Of a stretch of DNA of 64,000 bases, positions 17,964-26,862 are shown piece by piece; the stretch's first letter is position 1; each line of letters starts with the position of its first letter. This DNA is from Bacteroidales bacterium (GTDB lineage: Bacteria > Bacteroidota > Bacteroidia > Bacteroidales > UBA1402). The notes beneath the pieces are model-generated. The model was given only the letters and a program-made list of their open reading frames with translations, searched no databases and was not told the DNA's origin. The stretch covers positions 16,956 through 80,955 of the forward strand of contig JAZQNO010000032.1 of the NCBI GenBank assembly GCA_045627385.1, in the 5' to 3' direction. Position numbers and translations under genes: made by a program.

Positions 17964-19694
17964 TCAGAACGAATAAGAGGCACCGGCCAGAATGGTCAGC
18001 TTCAGATTGGGATAGTCGCTCCAGGTCTGATATGATTGGTTGAGAATGTTTCTTGCCTGGATGAAAACGCCTATTCTGTCGGTCAGCCGATAGCTGCCCT
18101 CAAGGGCGAAGAAATGAATGTCGCCGATGGATTCGAGTTTTTCGTTTCCGGTCGGGGCAAAACGTTTGCCCTCCCAATGGTACTGGGCACTCAGCGAGAG
18201 ATACTCGACGGGATTGATTTCGAGCATCAGGTCGCTTTCGAAGGCGGGCTTGTACCAGAGACGGTTGCGGTCAATGGACGTCAGTTTGGCGGTCAGAGCG
18301 TCATCCTGCTTTTTGTAGGCCGAATAGCGGTTGTAGCGGAAATCGGCCGACAGGCGCACATACTGGCGGAAAACCCAATCCAAATCGACCCCGGCATAGA
18401 GGTGACTGGTCTTCACATAAGCGGCGGAGAAAGTCTTGAAGTTGTTCTGGAGCGTGTCCGCATTGAAAAACAGCGGCATTCCGTTGACCGAACGCCATCC
18501 CGCAACAGGGCTCAATTCCAGCGTCTCGACAGGTTTCCACGACAGGCGTCCGCTGATGTGGACAGGCGTGTATTCGGGCTGAAGTCTGGTCTCGGGATTC
18601 AGATAGGGATTCATCAGAAATCCTTCACGATAGGAACGCACCTGCTGACCGCCGTCGACCTGAAGCAAAACAGTGGCATGGTCACCCAAATCGCGGGCGG
18701 CCGAAGCGGTTGCGGCAGCGCGCAGACCCTCGCCTGACACCTGAGACAGTTTCAGACCGGCTGCAAAAGCCCAGCCTCGCCAGGCATATCTGGCATTGGG
18801 ATGGATTTCCCACCAGACCTGATTGGCAGGATTCGCTGCCGGCAGGTCGGAATAAATGTCCAATGTCGAAGAAATAAGGTCGTTGTGCTGATAGCCGAGC
18901 AGTCTTATTTTGGTGTCGAAAGCGGCTGTCCAAGCATCGTCGATATGCCAGGCCACCATGCCGTCGATGAGCAGATCTTCTTCGAAAATGCCCTTTTCCA
19001 CCGTGGTCAACGTGGGCAGTTTGCCCAATTTGTACAGGTGACCGTCGATGCCCACCTGATAATCGATGGCTTTGTCCCATGGTTTGGACGAGATGCCCGC
19101 CTGCAGACGAGTGTCCGACGACCATTGATGTTCGGGAAGGCTGCCCGGAGCAGTGGCTGTTCCGTAATAGCTCCAACGGTCGAAACTTTCCGACAGGCTG
19201 GCATTGATGACCGAATAGCCCTGATGTCTTTTCCAATTGGCCTGAATCAGGTTGTGGCTGTCCCACGGAGTCTCGCCAGAGGCGGGCGCCGCCTGTGAAC
19301 GGTGCATCAGATTGAAGTCCAGCGTCTGTTTCGGATCGCGAAGGAGGTTGTACTGCCCGTCTCCGAGAAACGACCAGTGGTTGCCTCCGCCGATGCGCAG
19401 ATAGCCTTTGCGCTCCTGATCCGGAAAGTCCGTTTGGATGCCTGCCGGAGAGAGAGCCACATATTCCGCATCGGGTTTAATCTGATAATCTCCTGTAGCA
19501 TAGCTGATTTCCGTTTTATTCGTCTGCATTTCCTCGCGTTCTGGAGCCGTATGGATTTTGCCGGCCGTTTCCACAATGGGGACATAGTTCTTCTCCAGCA
19601 AAATGTCGCGCTGAATGAGTGTGTCGGTTTGGGCAAAAGCTGACGACAGGCAGCCAAAAGCTGCAAGGAGGAAAGGTATCTTGTTCATAATCAT
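17964..19694 (-). CDS. Outer-membrane beta-barrel protein of unknown function
   Basis: 576-aa ORF with signal peptide MIMNKIPFLLAAFGCLSSAFAQ, alternating beta-strand pattern and C-terminal ..LAGASYSF. Start overlaps or abuts the upstream TPR gene stop. Confidence 0.7.
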   Translation of the reverse strand: MIMNKIPFLLAAFGCLSSAFAQTDTLIQRDILLEKNYVPIVETAGKIHTAPEREEMQTNKTEISYATGDYQIKPDAEYVALSPAGIQTDFPDQERKGYLRIGGGNHWSFLGDGQYNLLRDPKQTLDFNLMHRSQAAPASGETPWDSHNLIQANWKRHQGYSVINASLSESFDRWSYYGTATAPGSLPEHQWSSDTRLQAGISSKPWDKAIDYQVGIDGHLYKLGKLPTLTTVEKGIFEEDLLIDGMVAWHIDDAWTAAFDTKIRLLGYQHNDLISSTLDIYSDLPAANPANQVWWEIHPNARYAWRGWAFAAGLKLSQVSGEGLRAAATASAARDLGDHATVLLQVDGGQQVRSYREGFLMNPYLNPETRLQPEYTPVHISGRLSWKPVETLELSPVAGWRSVNGMPLFFNADTLQNNFKTFSAAYVKTSHLYAGVDLDWVFRQYVRLSADFRYNRYSAYKKQDDALTAKLTSIDRNRLWYKPAFESDLMLEINPVEYLSLSAQYHWEGKRFAPTGNEKLESIGDIHFFALEGSYRLTDRIGVFIQARNILNQSYQTWSDYPNLKLTILAGASYSF

Positions 19695-22600
19695 TCAAAT
19701 TGACTGCGTTCGTTAATCCTGTTCAAGCGGTTTTCAATCATTCCTTGAATATCGTCTTCACGCACATAGTTTTCTTTCAGACTCAGGAGGTACTGACGGG
19801 CCTGGAAATAGTCATTCTGCTGAATGAAGATGTCAGACATCAGGATGAAGCAACGGGCCATCCAGTAGGACTGCGAAGTGCCGTCCTGAATGAACGACTG
19901 GGTCAGTTTCAGCGACTGTTCCAGATTGCCCTGGATGTACCAGTATTCGGCCACACGATAGCGGGCTTCGGCCCCGTATGCCGTCTGCGAATCCTTCGAC
20001 AAAATGGCCAAATCGTCCAGTGCTTCTTCCGTGCGGTTCATGGAAATGAGAGCCATGCACTTGTTGTAGCGCGCTTCGCGTATGAGTTCGGGACTGAGGT
20101 TCTGTTCGCCCATCAGTTCGTTGCAGGCAACCAGCAATTCCGATGACCGCTTCTGTGCCGACAGACACCTCATGACACCAGTGCGGGCACCGATTCGGAT
20201 GGAACGGTCATCGGTGAGCTTGACCAGCTCGCGGTAATCGGCCAGCGCCTCTTCCCAACGGTTTTGCGTGTAATAGAAGTCTGAAACGACGGAAAGCGCC
20301 TCCACGAGATACGGGTTGCCCGGGAATTGCCGCAGCGCATTGTAATAAGGAATGGCCTCTTCGAGACGCTTTTCTTCCGACAGCAGTTGGGCGCACCAAT
20401 GGTTGGCCTCGCAACTGAAACCGCCTTGAGGGTATTGTTGCAGATAACTTTGGAAAGCCTTGATGGCTTCTTCGTTCTGATGAGCGATCATCAGTTTTTC
20501 AGCCGCCTGATACGACAGGGAGTCCTGTTCGCCGGCCTTGACGGCATAACCGGGGCCGAGCGTGTTGACATAGTCCACAAATTCCGACACTTGGTTCTGA
20601 GCCACATAAATGGCCTTCAGATCGTTGACGGCCGTGTGCGATTCGTTGCTTCCAGGATAGAGATTGACCACATTCTTGTAGGCTTCAATCGCTTTATCGG
20701 TCTCGCGCAGGTGATAGTACAACAGTCCGATCTGCACACCTGCTTTTCGCGAAAGTTCGCTGTTGGGGAATGCGCTCATCAATCTGTCAAAGGCGGAAAT
20801 GGCCTTGACCGATTCGTCACATGAAACATAAGCGCGACCTTCTTCGAACAGCGCCTGGCTCAAGTAGTCGGAAGAGGGGAAACGCTCTTCGAATGTGTTG
20901 AGCAGTTCGGCTTTTTCCTGATATTTCCGCCCGAGCCCCAGACAAAAGGCTTGGCGGAAAGCAGCGTAATCGTTACCGGCTGGCGTGAGCTGGTCACACG
21001 ACTCATAATAGCTTTGGGCCTCTTCATACTGGCGGGCATAGAAGTAGCAGTCGCCGATGCGGTTGAGAGCGTCCGAATAGGTAAGGTCGTTGCGTACCTC
21101 CTTGAAACCGGTGTATGTCTTGAACCAGGAAAGCGCCTGCGAATAGTTCCTCAAGTTGAAATGACAGTAGGCCAGACTGTAGTGGGCCAGCGGATAGGCC
21201 TTGTATTGGGCGGCATCTTTCACATTCAGGAAATCCTGGAAATTGTTGGCCGCATCTGCCAGACGGTTGAGCCGGTAAAGGGTCTCACCTCTCCAATAGT
21301 AGACTTCGGCAGGTGTGTAACCGATGCGTTCAGCCGATTTGACCGAAGAATTGAACTTTTCCAGCGCCTCTTCAAAGGTGCCCGTATCGAACAGGTCGAG
21401 ACCCTGTTTGAAGAGCAGCTGGCTCTTGGTCTGCAGCATGTGGGGCGAAGGCTTGTCGGCTTTGTCGATGAAATCGATGGCGGCCTGGTAGTCGTTGGCA
21501 CTCAGGAATGCATCGGCCAGATGGCTGTAGATTTGGGTGGAATAGCGGCTGTCGGGGAATTCGCTCAAAATGCGTTCGAAAGCCTTGACTTGTTCGTCGA
21601 AAGGAGAAGTGGAAGTCTGGTAGCAGAGCAGAGCGTAATTGTAGAGGGCATCCTCCTTGGTGGTGAGGTCGAAATCGTAGAGCGACGCCCGTTCGAAACT
21701 GAGCCTGGCCTGCTGTGTCTTCTGTTGCTGAAGATAGCACAGTCCGATGTGATAGGTGGCGTTCTGCATCAGCGCATCCTCCTGTCCGGTAACGCGGCTC
21801 AGATAGGTGAAAGCCTTTGTGTAGTCTTTGGCGATGAAATAGTCCATGCCGATGCGGTAAGCGTCGGCGCGGAGCAGGTCGGGCTGATAGGCGAGATATT
21901 TTTCGTAATACTCTTTCGACTGCTGATAATCCTGAAGTTCATAGTAGCCTTCACCCGAAAGGCGGTACAGCTCGATTCGCTGCGATTCGTCCGGATCGGA
22001 CTGCAGAAAACCTTCGGCCATAGTCAGCATTTCGCGGTACTCTCCCTCTTTGGACAAGAGTTGCATGATAAAGAAAGGAACGGTCTCGTCGTAAGGAGGC
22101 GTGTCCTTTACTTTGTCGAAGCCCTCGATGGCCTCTTTGGCATTGCCCTTGCGGTATTGGATATAGGCACGATAATAAGTGGCTGGAGCCACATAACGCC
22201 CTTCTTCCTCCAGCAGTTCGCCGAAAAGAGTGTCGGCCTCGTTGAACTTCTCCACTTGAGTCAGACAGAAGGCCTTTTGAAAGCGGTAATCTTCGTATTC
22301 CTTCTTGGAAAGACTGCTGCGCGGGCAAAGTCCCATTTCTTCTAGGGCGTCCTGATACTGACCGGCGTTCATGGCGCAAGTCGAGAGGTAGAACCAGGCT
22401 TTCGGCGCATAGACGGAAACGGGATAATTCACCAGAAAGACTTTCAGCAGCGAACTGGCATCCATCCGGTTCAGATGGAAGGCGCAACCGGCCTGCATGA
22501 ACAGCGCGTGTTCCAAATTGACCGGATTCAATCCGGCGGTCTGCTTGGACCCGTCCTGTCCCGAAGGAGGCAGCAGACTCTCGAGCGTGCGGTAACAGAT

Positions 22601-22738
22601 GGCAAACTCCTCGTTCTGGAACTGCTGGGCAGCCAGACTGTAAAGCTGATTGGCGCTGTTTTTCGGATTCTTTTCCTGGGCAGACAGCCCCGACAGCCCC
22701 ATCAACAATAATATTAAGGTGAAGGCGACTCTTTTCAT
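19691..22738 (-). CDS. Secreted tetratricopeptide-repeat protein (about 1015 aa)
   Basis: Signal peptide MKRVAFTLILLLMGLSGLSAQ. Repeated TPR-like A/Y/L patterns throughout (e.g. YRLGMDYF, YHIGLCYLQQ, YWRGETLYRL). Confidence 0.8.
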   Translation of the reverse strand: MKRVAFTLILLLMGLSGLSAQEKNPKNSANQLYSLAAQQFQNEEFAICYRTLESLLPPSGQDGSKQTAGLNPVNLEHALFMQAGCAFHLNRMDASSLLKVFLVNYPVSVYAPKAWFYLSTCAMNAGQYQDALEEMGLCPRSSLSKKEYEDYRFQKAFCLTQVEKFNEADTLFGELLEEEGRYVAPATYYRAYIQYRKGNAKEAIEGFDKVKDTPPYDETVPFFIMQLLSKEGEYREMLTMAEGFLQSDPDESQRIELYRLSGEGYYELQDYQQSKEYYEKYLAYQPDLLRADAYRIGMDYFIAKDYTKAFTYLSRVTGQEDALMQNATYHIGLCYLQQQKTQQARLSFERASLYDFDLTTKEDALYNYALLCYQTSTSPFDEQVKAFERILSEFPDSRYSTQIYSHLADAFLSANDYQAAIDFIDKADKPSPHMLQTKSQLLFKQGLDLFDTGTFEEALEKFNSSVKSAERIGYTPAEVYYWRGETLYRLNRLADAANNFQDFLNVKDAAQYKAYPLAHYSLAYCHFNLRNYSQALSWFKTYTGFKEVRNDLTYSDALNRIGDCYFYARQYEEAQSYYESCDQLTPAGNDYAAFRQAFCLGLGRKYQEKAELLNTFEERFPSSDYLSQALFEEGRAYVSCDESVKAISAFDRLMSAFPNSELSRKAGVQIGLLYYHLRETDKAIEAYKNVVNLYPGSNESHTAVNDLKAIYVAQNQVSEFVDYVNTLGPGYAVKAGEQDSLSYQAAEKLMIAHQNEEAIKAFQSYLQQYPQGGFSCEANHWCAQLLSEEKRLEEAIPYYNALRQFPGNPYLVEALSVVSDFYYTQNRWEEALADYRELVKLTDDRSIRIGARTGVMRCLSAQKRSSELLVACNELMGEQNLSPELIREARYNKCMALISMNRTEEALDDLAILSKDSQTAYGAEARYRVAEYWYIQGNLEQSLKLTQSFIQDGTSQSYWMARCFILMSDIFIQQNDYFQARQYLLSLKENYVREDDIQGMIENRLNRINERSQFE

Positions 22739-22820
22739 AAGGATGAATAAAGTGCAATATTAAGCCTTTTTTATGGATAATGCCCTCACATTCCTTTGAA
22801 AAAATGTGAACGGAAAGCAT

Positions 22821-22850
22821 AAAAAAAGCAGCTGCAAATGTTGCAGCTGC
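22821..22850 (-). terminator. Intrinsic terminator downstream of tRNA-Asn
   Basis: Reverse strand GCAGCTGCAA-CAT-TTGCAGCTGC followed by TTTTTTT. Confidence 0.6.
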
Positions 22851-22863
22851 TTGGCTTTCAGTG

Positions 22864-22937
22864 CGCTTCAAGAAGGACTTGAACCTACGACCCCCTGATT
22901 AACAGTCAGGTGCTCTAACCGACTGAGCTATTGAAGC
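22864..22937 (-). tRNA. tRNA-Asn (anticodon GTT)
   Basis: Reverse strand GCTTCAA-TA-GCTC-AGTCGGTTA-GAGC-A-CCTGA-CTGTTAA-TCAGG-..-GTAGGTTCAAGTCCTTC-TTGAAGC-G. Perfect acceptor stem. Confidence 0.9.
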
Positions 22938-22994
22938 AAATGTTATTCTTTCGAAAAGCGCGACAAAAGTAAGGCTCATTTTCGAATATTGCAA

Positions 22995-23002
22995 TATCTT
23001 TG
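22995..23002 (+). promoter_or_regulatory. -7 box TAtcTTTG upstream of the S41 peptidase gene
   Basis: TATCTTTG lies 53 nt upstream of ATG 23056. Confidence 0.4.
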
Positions 23003-23055
23003 TTCCAAATTTTCGAAAAAAATATTTCAAGTCCGGTCGAAAACGAGTCCCATAT

Positions 23056-24723
23056 ATGAAACAAAAGAAAATCAACACACTGATTATAACTGCATTAATA
23101 GCTGTCACAGGCGGTTTAGCCCTTCTGGCGGCCAAAACCGAAAATCATAACTCACAGGTGAGCCGCCAGTTCGACATCTTCCATTCGCTGTTCCGCGAAC
23201 TTGACCTTTTCTATGTCGATTCTGTCGACACGGAAGAGACATTCCGAAACGCCATCGACGGACTACTGGCCGATTATGACCCATATACAGAGTATATCCC
23301 GGCCGATGAACTGGAGGATTTCAAATATTTGACCACTGGCGAATATGCCGGCATCGGAGCCATCATCAGCCGCCGTGGCAACCGTATTTTCATCACCGAG
23401 CCCTATGAGGGACTGCCCGCCCAGAAGGCCGGTTTGCTTTTCGGCGATGAAATTCTCGAAATCGACGGCGAAGCGATGGCTGGCAAGGAAGTCTCCTACG
23501 CCAGCGAACGCCTCAAAGGCCAGCCCAACACCAAGGTGAAACTGCTCATCGGTCGCGAAGGCGAGAAGAAACCGCTCACGTTTGAAATCACCCGACAACA
23601 CATCCTCATCGACCAGGTCAGATATGCCGGGATGGTTGGCCCCGCAACGGGATACATCTATTTGAGCGGATTCACCGACAAAGCCTACCAAGAAGTGCGC
23701 GAAGCCGCCCTCCGGCTGCAAGGGGAAGGCGCCACGAGCCTGGTGCTCGATCTCAGGGGCAATGGCGGCGGCCTGCTGACCGAAGCGGTCAATATCTGCA
23801 ATCTGTTTGTGGATAAAGGCGAAATGATTGTCTGCACCAAAGGGAAAGTGCAGAAATGGGACCGCTATTATAAGACCATGCGTGAACCCTTGTTCCCGGA
23901 TATGCCATTGGCCATTCTTACCGACAACGGTTCGGCCTCTTCTTCCGAAATTGTCGCCGGCGCGCTGCAGGATCTTGACCGTGCCGTCATCGTAGGCACG
24001 CGCACTTACGGAAAAGGTCTTGTGCAGACCACGCGCGAGCTGCCTTATGACGGCATCCTGAAAGTGACGACGGCCAAATACTATATTCCCTCAGGCCGTT
24101 GCATTCAGGCCATCGACTACTCCAACCGCAATGCCGACGGCAGTGTGGGCCGCATACCCGACAGTCTCACCACAACATTCAAGACGCGGCACGAGCGCAT
24201 TGTCCGCGATGGCGGAGGCATCATGCCCGACCGCGAGATCAAGACTGAAGAAATGTCGAATCTGAGTTATCAATTGTCTGTCCAGTCCTATCTTTCGGAT
24301 TATGCCGACCGCTATTTCCGCCGCCATTCAAAGATAGCCCCAGCCTCGGAATTCACGCTCAGCGACCAGGACTACGAAGATTTCAAACAATTCGTCATTG
24401 ACAAAGACATCAAATACGACATCTACAGCCTGCGCGAGATGCAGACCCTGAAACGTTATCTGGAGTATGAAGGCTATATGGATTCTGTCCGTGTTGAGTT
24501 TCAGGCGATTGAGAACAAACTTGGCCGCAATCTCTCGCACGATCTCGATTTCTTCCGGCCCGAAATCGCCCGTATGCTCGAGTCTGAAATAGCGCTTCGC
24601 TATTATTATCAGAAAGGTCAGATGCAATCGGCCTTGAGAAAAGACGAGTGTTTGAAGGAAGCTTTGAGCATACTTTCGGACGAGTCCTTGTACAAATCTT
24701 TGTTGAATATTGAAAAACAGTGA
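23056..24723 (+). CDS. S41-family C-terminal processing (tail-specific) peptidase with PDZ domain
   Basis: 555-aa ORF. PDZ GLPAQKAGLLFGDEILEIDGEAM. S41 blocks LDLRGNGGGLL, GSASSSEIVAGALQD, TYGKGLVQ. Confidence 0.9.
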   Translation: MKQKKINTLIITALIAVTGGLALLAAKTENHNSQVSRQFDIFHSLFRELDLFYVDSVDTEETFRNAIDGLLADYDPYTEYIPADELEDFKYLTTGEYAGIGAIISRRGNRIFITEPYEGLPAQKAGLLFGDEILEIDGEAMAGKEVSYASERLKGQPNTKVKLLIGREGEKKPLTFEITRQHILIDQVRYAGMVGPATGYIYLSGFTDKAYQEVREAALRLQGEGATSLVLDLRGNGGGLLTEAVNICNLFVDKGEMIVCTKGKVQKWDRYYKTMREPLFPDMPLAILTDNGSASSSEIVAGALQDLDRAVIVGTRTYGKGLVQTTRELPYDGILKVTTAKYYIPSGRCIQAIDYSNRNADGSVGRIPDSLTTTFKTRHERIVRDGGGIMPDREIKTEEMSNLSYQLSVQSYLSDYADRYFRRHSKIAPASEFTLSDQDYEDFKQFVIDKDIKYDIYSLREMQTLKRYLEYEGYMDSVRVEFQAIENKLGRNLSHDLDFFRPEIARMLESEIALRYYYQKGQMQSALRKDECLKEALSILSDESLYKSLLNIEKQ

Positions 24724-24791
24724 TTTAATGGATTTTTTCCAAGCAGGAGGAAATTTTTTGTAAAAAACTTTTGCACGAAAGAAATTTGGCA

Positions 24792-24799
24792 TATCTTTG
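24792..24799 (+). promoter_or_regulatory. -7 box TAtcTTTG upstream of tRNA-Glu/rpsT
   Basis: TATCTTTG lies 48 nt upstream of the tRNA-Glu 5' end. Confidence 0.45.
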
Positions 24800-24847
24800 C
24801 AGCCGCAAAATTAACTGCCAAAGGGCGGAATTCTTTTTGCACAGGCT

Positions 24848-24919
24848 GGTCCATTAGTCTATCGGTTAGGACGCAAGATTTTCATTCTTGAGAGAGCAGT
24901 TCGATTCTGCTATGGACTA
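24848..24919 (+). tRNA. tRNA-Glu (anticodon TTC)
   Basis: GGTCCAT-TA-GTCT-ATCGGTTA-GGAC-G-CAAGA-TTTTCAT-TCTTG-AGAG-AGCAG-TTCGATT-CTGCT-ATGGACT-A, folded by hand. Confidence 0.85.
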
Positions 24920-24945
24920 CAAATCGTTTAAAAGAATAGTTTACA

Positions 24946-25200
24946 ATGGCTAATCACAAATCATCTCTGAAGAGAATTCGTCAGACACGTACCAGACGTT
25001 TGAACAACCGCTACTACGCCAAGACCACGCGCAACGCCATCCGCGATCTCCGCGCCACCACCGACAAGGCCCAGGCTGTAGAAATGTTGCCGAAGGTTAC
25101 TTCAATGCTTGATCGTTTGGCTAAGAAGGGCATTATTCACAAGAATAAGGCTGCCAATCTTAAGTCAGGTTTGGCTAAGCTTGTCAACGCACTGTCGTAA
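24946..25200 (+). CDS. rpsT: 30S ribosomal protein S20
   Basis: 84 aa. [36 protein letters not shown] is the canonical S20 N-terminus. Confidence 0.95.
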   Translation: MANHKSSLKRIRQTRTRRLNNRYYAKTTRNAIRDLRATTDKAQAVEMLPKVTSMLDRLAKKGIIHKNKAANLKSGLAKLVNALS

Positions 25201-25227
25201 GACGGTGGTTGATACACCATACGTGTC

Positions 25228-25263
25228 AGACTGTATCAATTCTTTGATACGGTCTTTTTTTTT
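25228..25263 (+). terminator. Intrinsic terminator of rpsT
   Basis: AGACTGTATCAA-TTCT-TTGATACGGTCT 12-bp stem (one G-U pair) followed by 8 T. Confidence 0.75.
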
Positions 25264-25270
25264 GTTTCTT

Positions 25271-25945
25271 ATGACAGTCCTTTACGAAGACAACCATCTG
25301 ATTATCGTCAACAAGTCCTGTTCTGAAATCGTCCAGGGCGACAAGACCGGCGACGAATCGCTGGCCGACACACTCAAAAGCTGGCTCAAGGAGAAATACC
25401 ACAAGCCGGGCAATGTGTTTGTCGGCGTCACGCACCGGCTCGACCGTCCGGTCAGCGGGGTAGTCCTTTTCGCCAAAACCAGCAAGGCCTTGTCGCGTCT
25501 GAACGAAATGTTCCGCAAAGGAGAAATCCACAAGACCTATTGGGCGGTTGTGAAGCCTTGTCCGCAGGAACCCGAGGCGACACTCGAGCATTATCTGGTG
25601 AGAAATGAGCAGCAGAACAAGTCGTATGTGTGCCAGTCGGCGCGTCCCGATGCGAAAAGGGCCATCCTACATTACAGGGTAATCGGACAGAGCGACAACT
25701 ACACTTTGCTTGAAGTTGACCTGAAAACGGGCCGTCATCATCAGATCAGATGCCAGTTGGCAGCTATGGGATGCCCCATAAAAGGCGATTTGAAGTATGG
25801 TTCACCCCGTTCCAACCCCAATGGAGGCATTTCTTTGCATGCACGTCGAATTCAGTTCGAACATCCTGTGAGTCATGAACTTATAGACGTTTTGGCGCCT
25901 CTCCCGGAAGATGAAAAATCGTGGCAAATATTTAAGAATGCTTAA
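25271..25945 (+). CDS. RluA-family pseudouridine synthase
   Basis: Start trimmed to MTVLYEDNHLIIVNK (ATG 25271). Catalytic block VTHRLDRPVSGVVLFAKT, then GRHHQIRCQLA. Confidence 0.85.
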   Translation: MTVLYEDNHLIIVNKSCSEIVQGDKTGDESLADTLKSWLKEKYHKPGNVFVGVTHRLDRPVSGVVLFAKTSKALSRLNEMFRKGEIHKTYWAVVKPCPQEPEATLEHYLVRNEQQNKSYVCQSARPDAKRAILHYRVIGQSDNYTLLEVDLKTGRHHQIRCQLAAMGCPIKGDLKYGSPRSNPNGGISLHARRIQFEHPVSHELIDVLAPLPEDEKSWQIFKNA

Positions 25946-25993
25946 AAATCGATTTTTTTCCACATTTGGGTTTGGATTATGATTCTGATTATA

Positions 25994-26103
25994 TACATTT
26001 GTAATGTGTTTTTCATGGTATTAGATTTAAGGTTATTGAAGAATGACTACCGGGAGGTAGGGTTTTTCGAGAAAGGAGTTGCGCAAGCAACTCCTTTTTT
26101 TTT
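25994..26103 (+). ncRNA. Candidate small RNA or leader: stand-alone promoter box plus intrinsic terminator
   Basis: TTTG (25971-25974), 19-nt spacer, TAcaTTTG (25994-26001). Terminator GGAGTTGC-GCAA-GCAACTCC (26075-26094) plus 9 T. No credible ORF between them. Confidence 0.3.
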
Positions 26104-26148
26104 GTCAGTATTATTCCTATCTTGTTGCTCGATTTTTTGAGCAGACAG

Positions 26149-26856
26149 ATGCATATCTTTTATACTCCGGAAATAGAGTCAAATCCCTTTCTTCCAGAAG
26201 AAGAATCCGCCCATTGCGTGCGCGTGCTGCGCATGCAGGAGGGCGATGAAATCCGCCTGACCGACGGTCGCGGCCGCTTTTACCGTGCCCGCATTGCGGA
26301 GGCCCATCCAAAACATTGCGCCGTCGAAATTCTTGAGACCGTCTTCGAACAGCCGTCTTCCGCTCCCTTTTATGTGGCGGTGGCGCCCACCAAAAACCTC
26401 GACCGTATGGAATGGCTGGTGGAAAAGCTCACCGAAATAGGCGTGGCCGGCATTTATTTCCTGAATTGCCGCTTTTCCGAGCGCAAAGTGCTCAAGACAG
26501 ACCGTCTGGTGAAGATTGCGGTTTCGGCCATGAAACAGTCCGAACGTCCCACCTTGCCCGAGATAGGCGAATTGACGGATTTCAAGATATTTCTTTCTCA
26601 ACTGCCTCAGGCCGACCGTTATATCTGCCATTGCTATCAGGAAGCGGAGGCCGGTCCGCGTGCCCTTTTGCGCGATGTGTGCCGACCCTCCCAAGCGGGT
26701 CTGGTGATGATCGGACCGGAAGGCGACTTCAGCCTCGAAGAAGTGAAACTTGCCCTTGAAAACGGATTCCAGGCCGTGTCTTTGGGCGATATGCGTTTGC
26801 GCACGGAAACGGCTGCTCTGGTGGCTGGACTTACCTTACAAATGTCTAATATGTAA
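26149..26856 (+). CDS. rsmE: 16S rRNA (uracil1498-N3)-methyltransferase RsmE
   Basis: Start trimmed to MHIFYTPEIESNPFLPEEESAHCVRVLRMQEGDEIRLTDGRG (RsmE PUA-like N-terminus). C-terminal IGPEGDFSLEEV SPOUT block. Confidence 0.85.
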   Translation: MHIFYTPEIESNPFLPEEESAHCVRVLRMQEGDEIRLTDGRGRFYRARIAEAHPKHCAVEILETVFEQPSSAPFYVAVAPTKNLDRMEWLVEKLTEIGVAGIYFLNCRFSERKVLKTDRLVKIAVSAMKQSERPTLPEIGELTDFKIFLSQLPQADRYICHCYQEAEAGPRALLRDVCRPSQAGLVMIGPEGDFSLEEVKLALENGFQAVSLGDMRLRTETAALVAGLTLQMSNM

Positions 26857-26862
26857 TTGATT

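Noticed and set aside
26016-26141. A 41-codon ORF (MVLDLRLLKNDYREVGFFEKGVAQATPFFLSVLFLSCCSIF) inside the candidate sRNA region.
   Set aside because: It reads straight through the terminator stem-loop and T-run, and its sequence is dominated by the hairpin and poly-T. Coding is unlikely.
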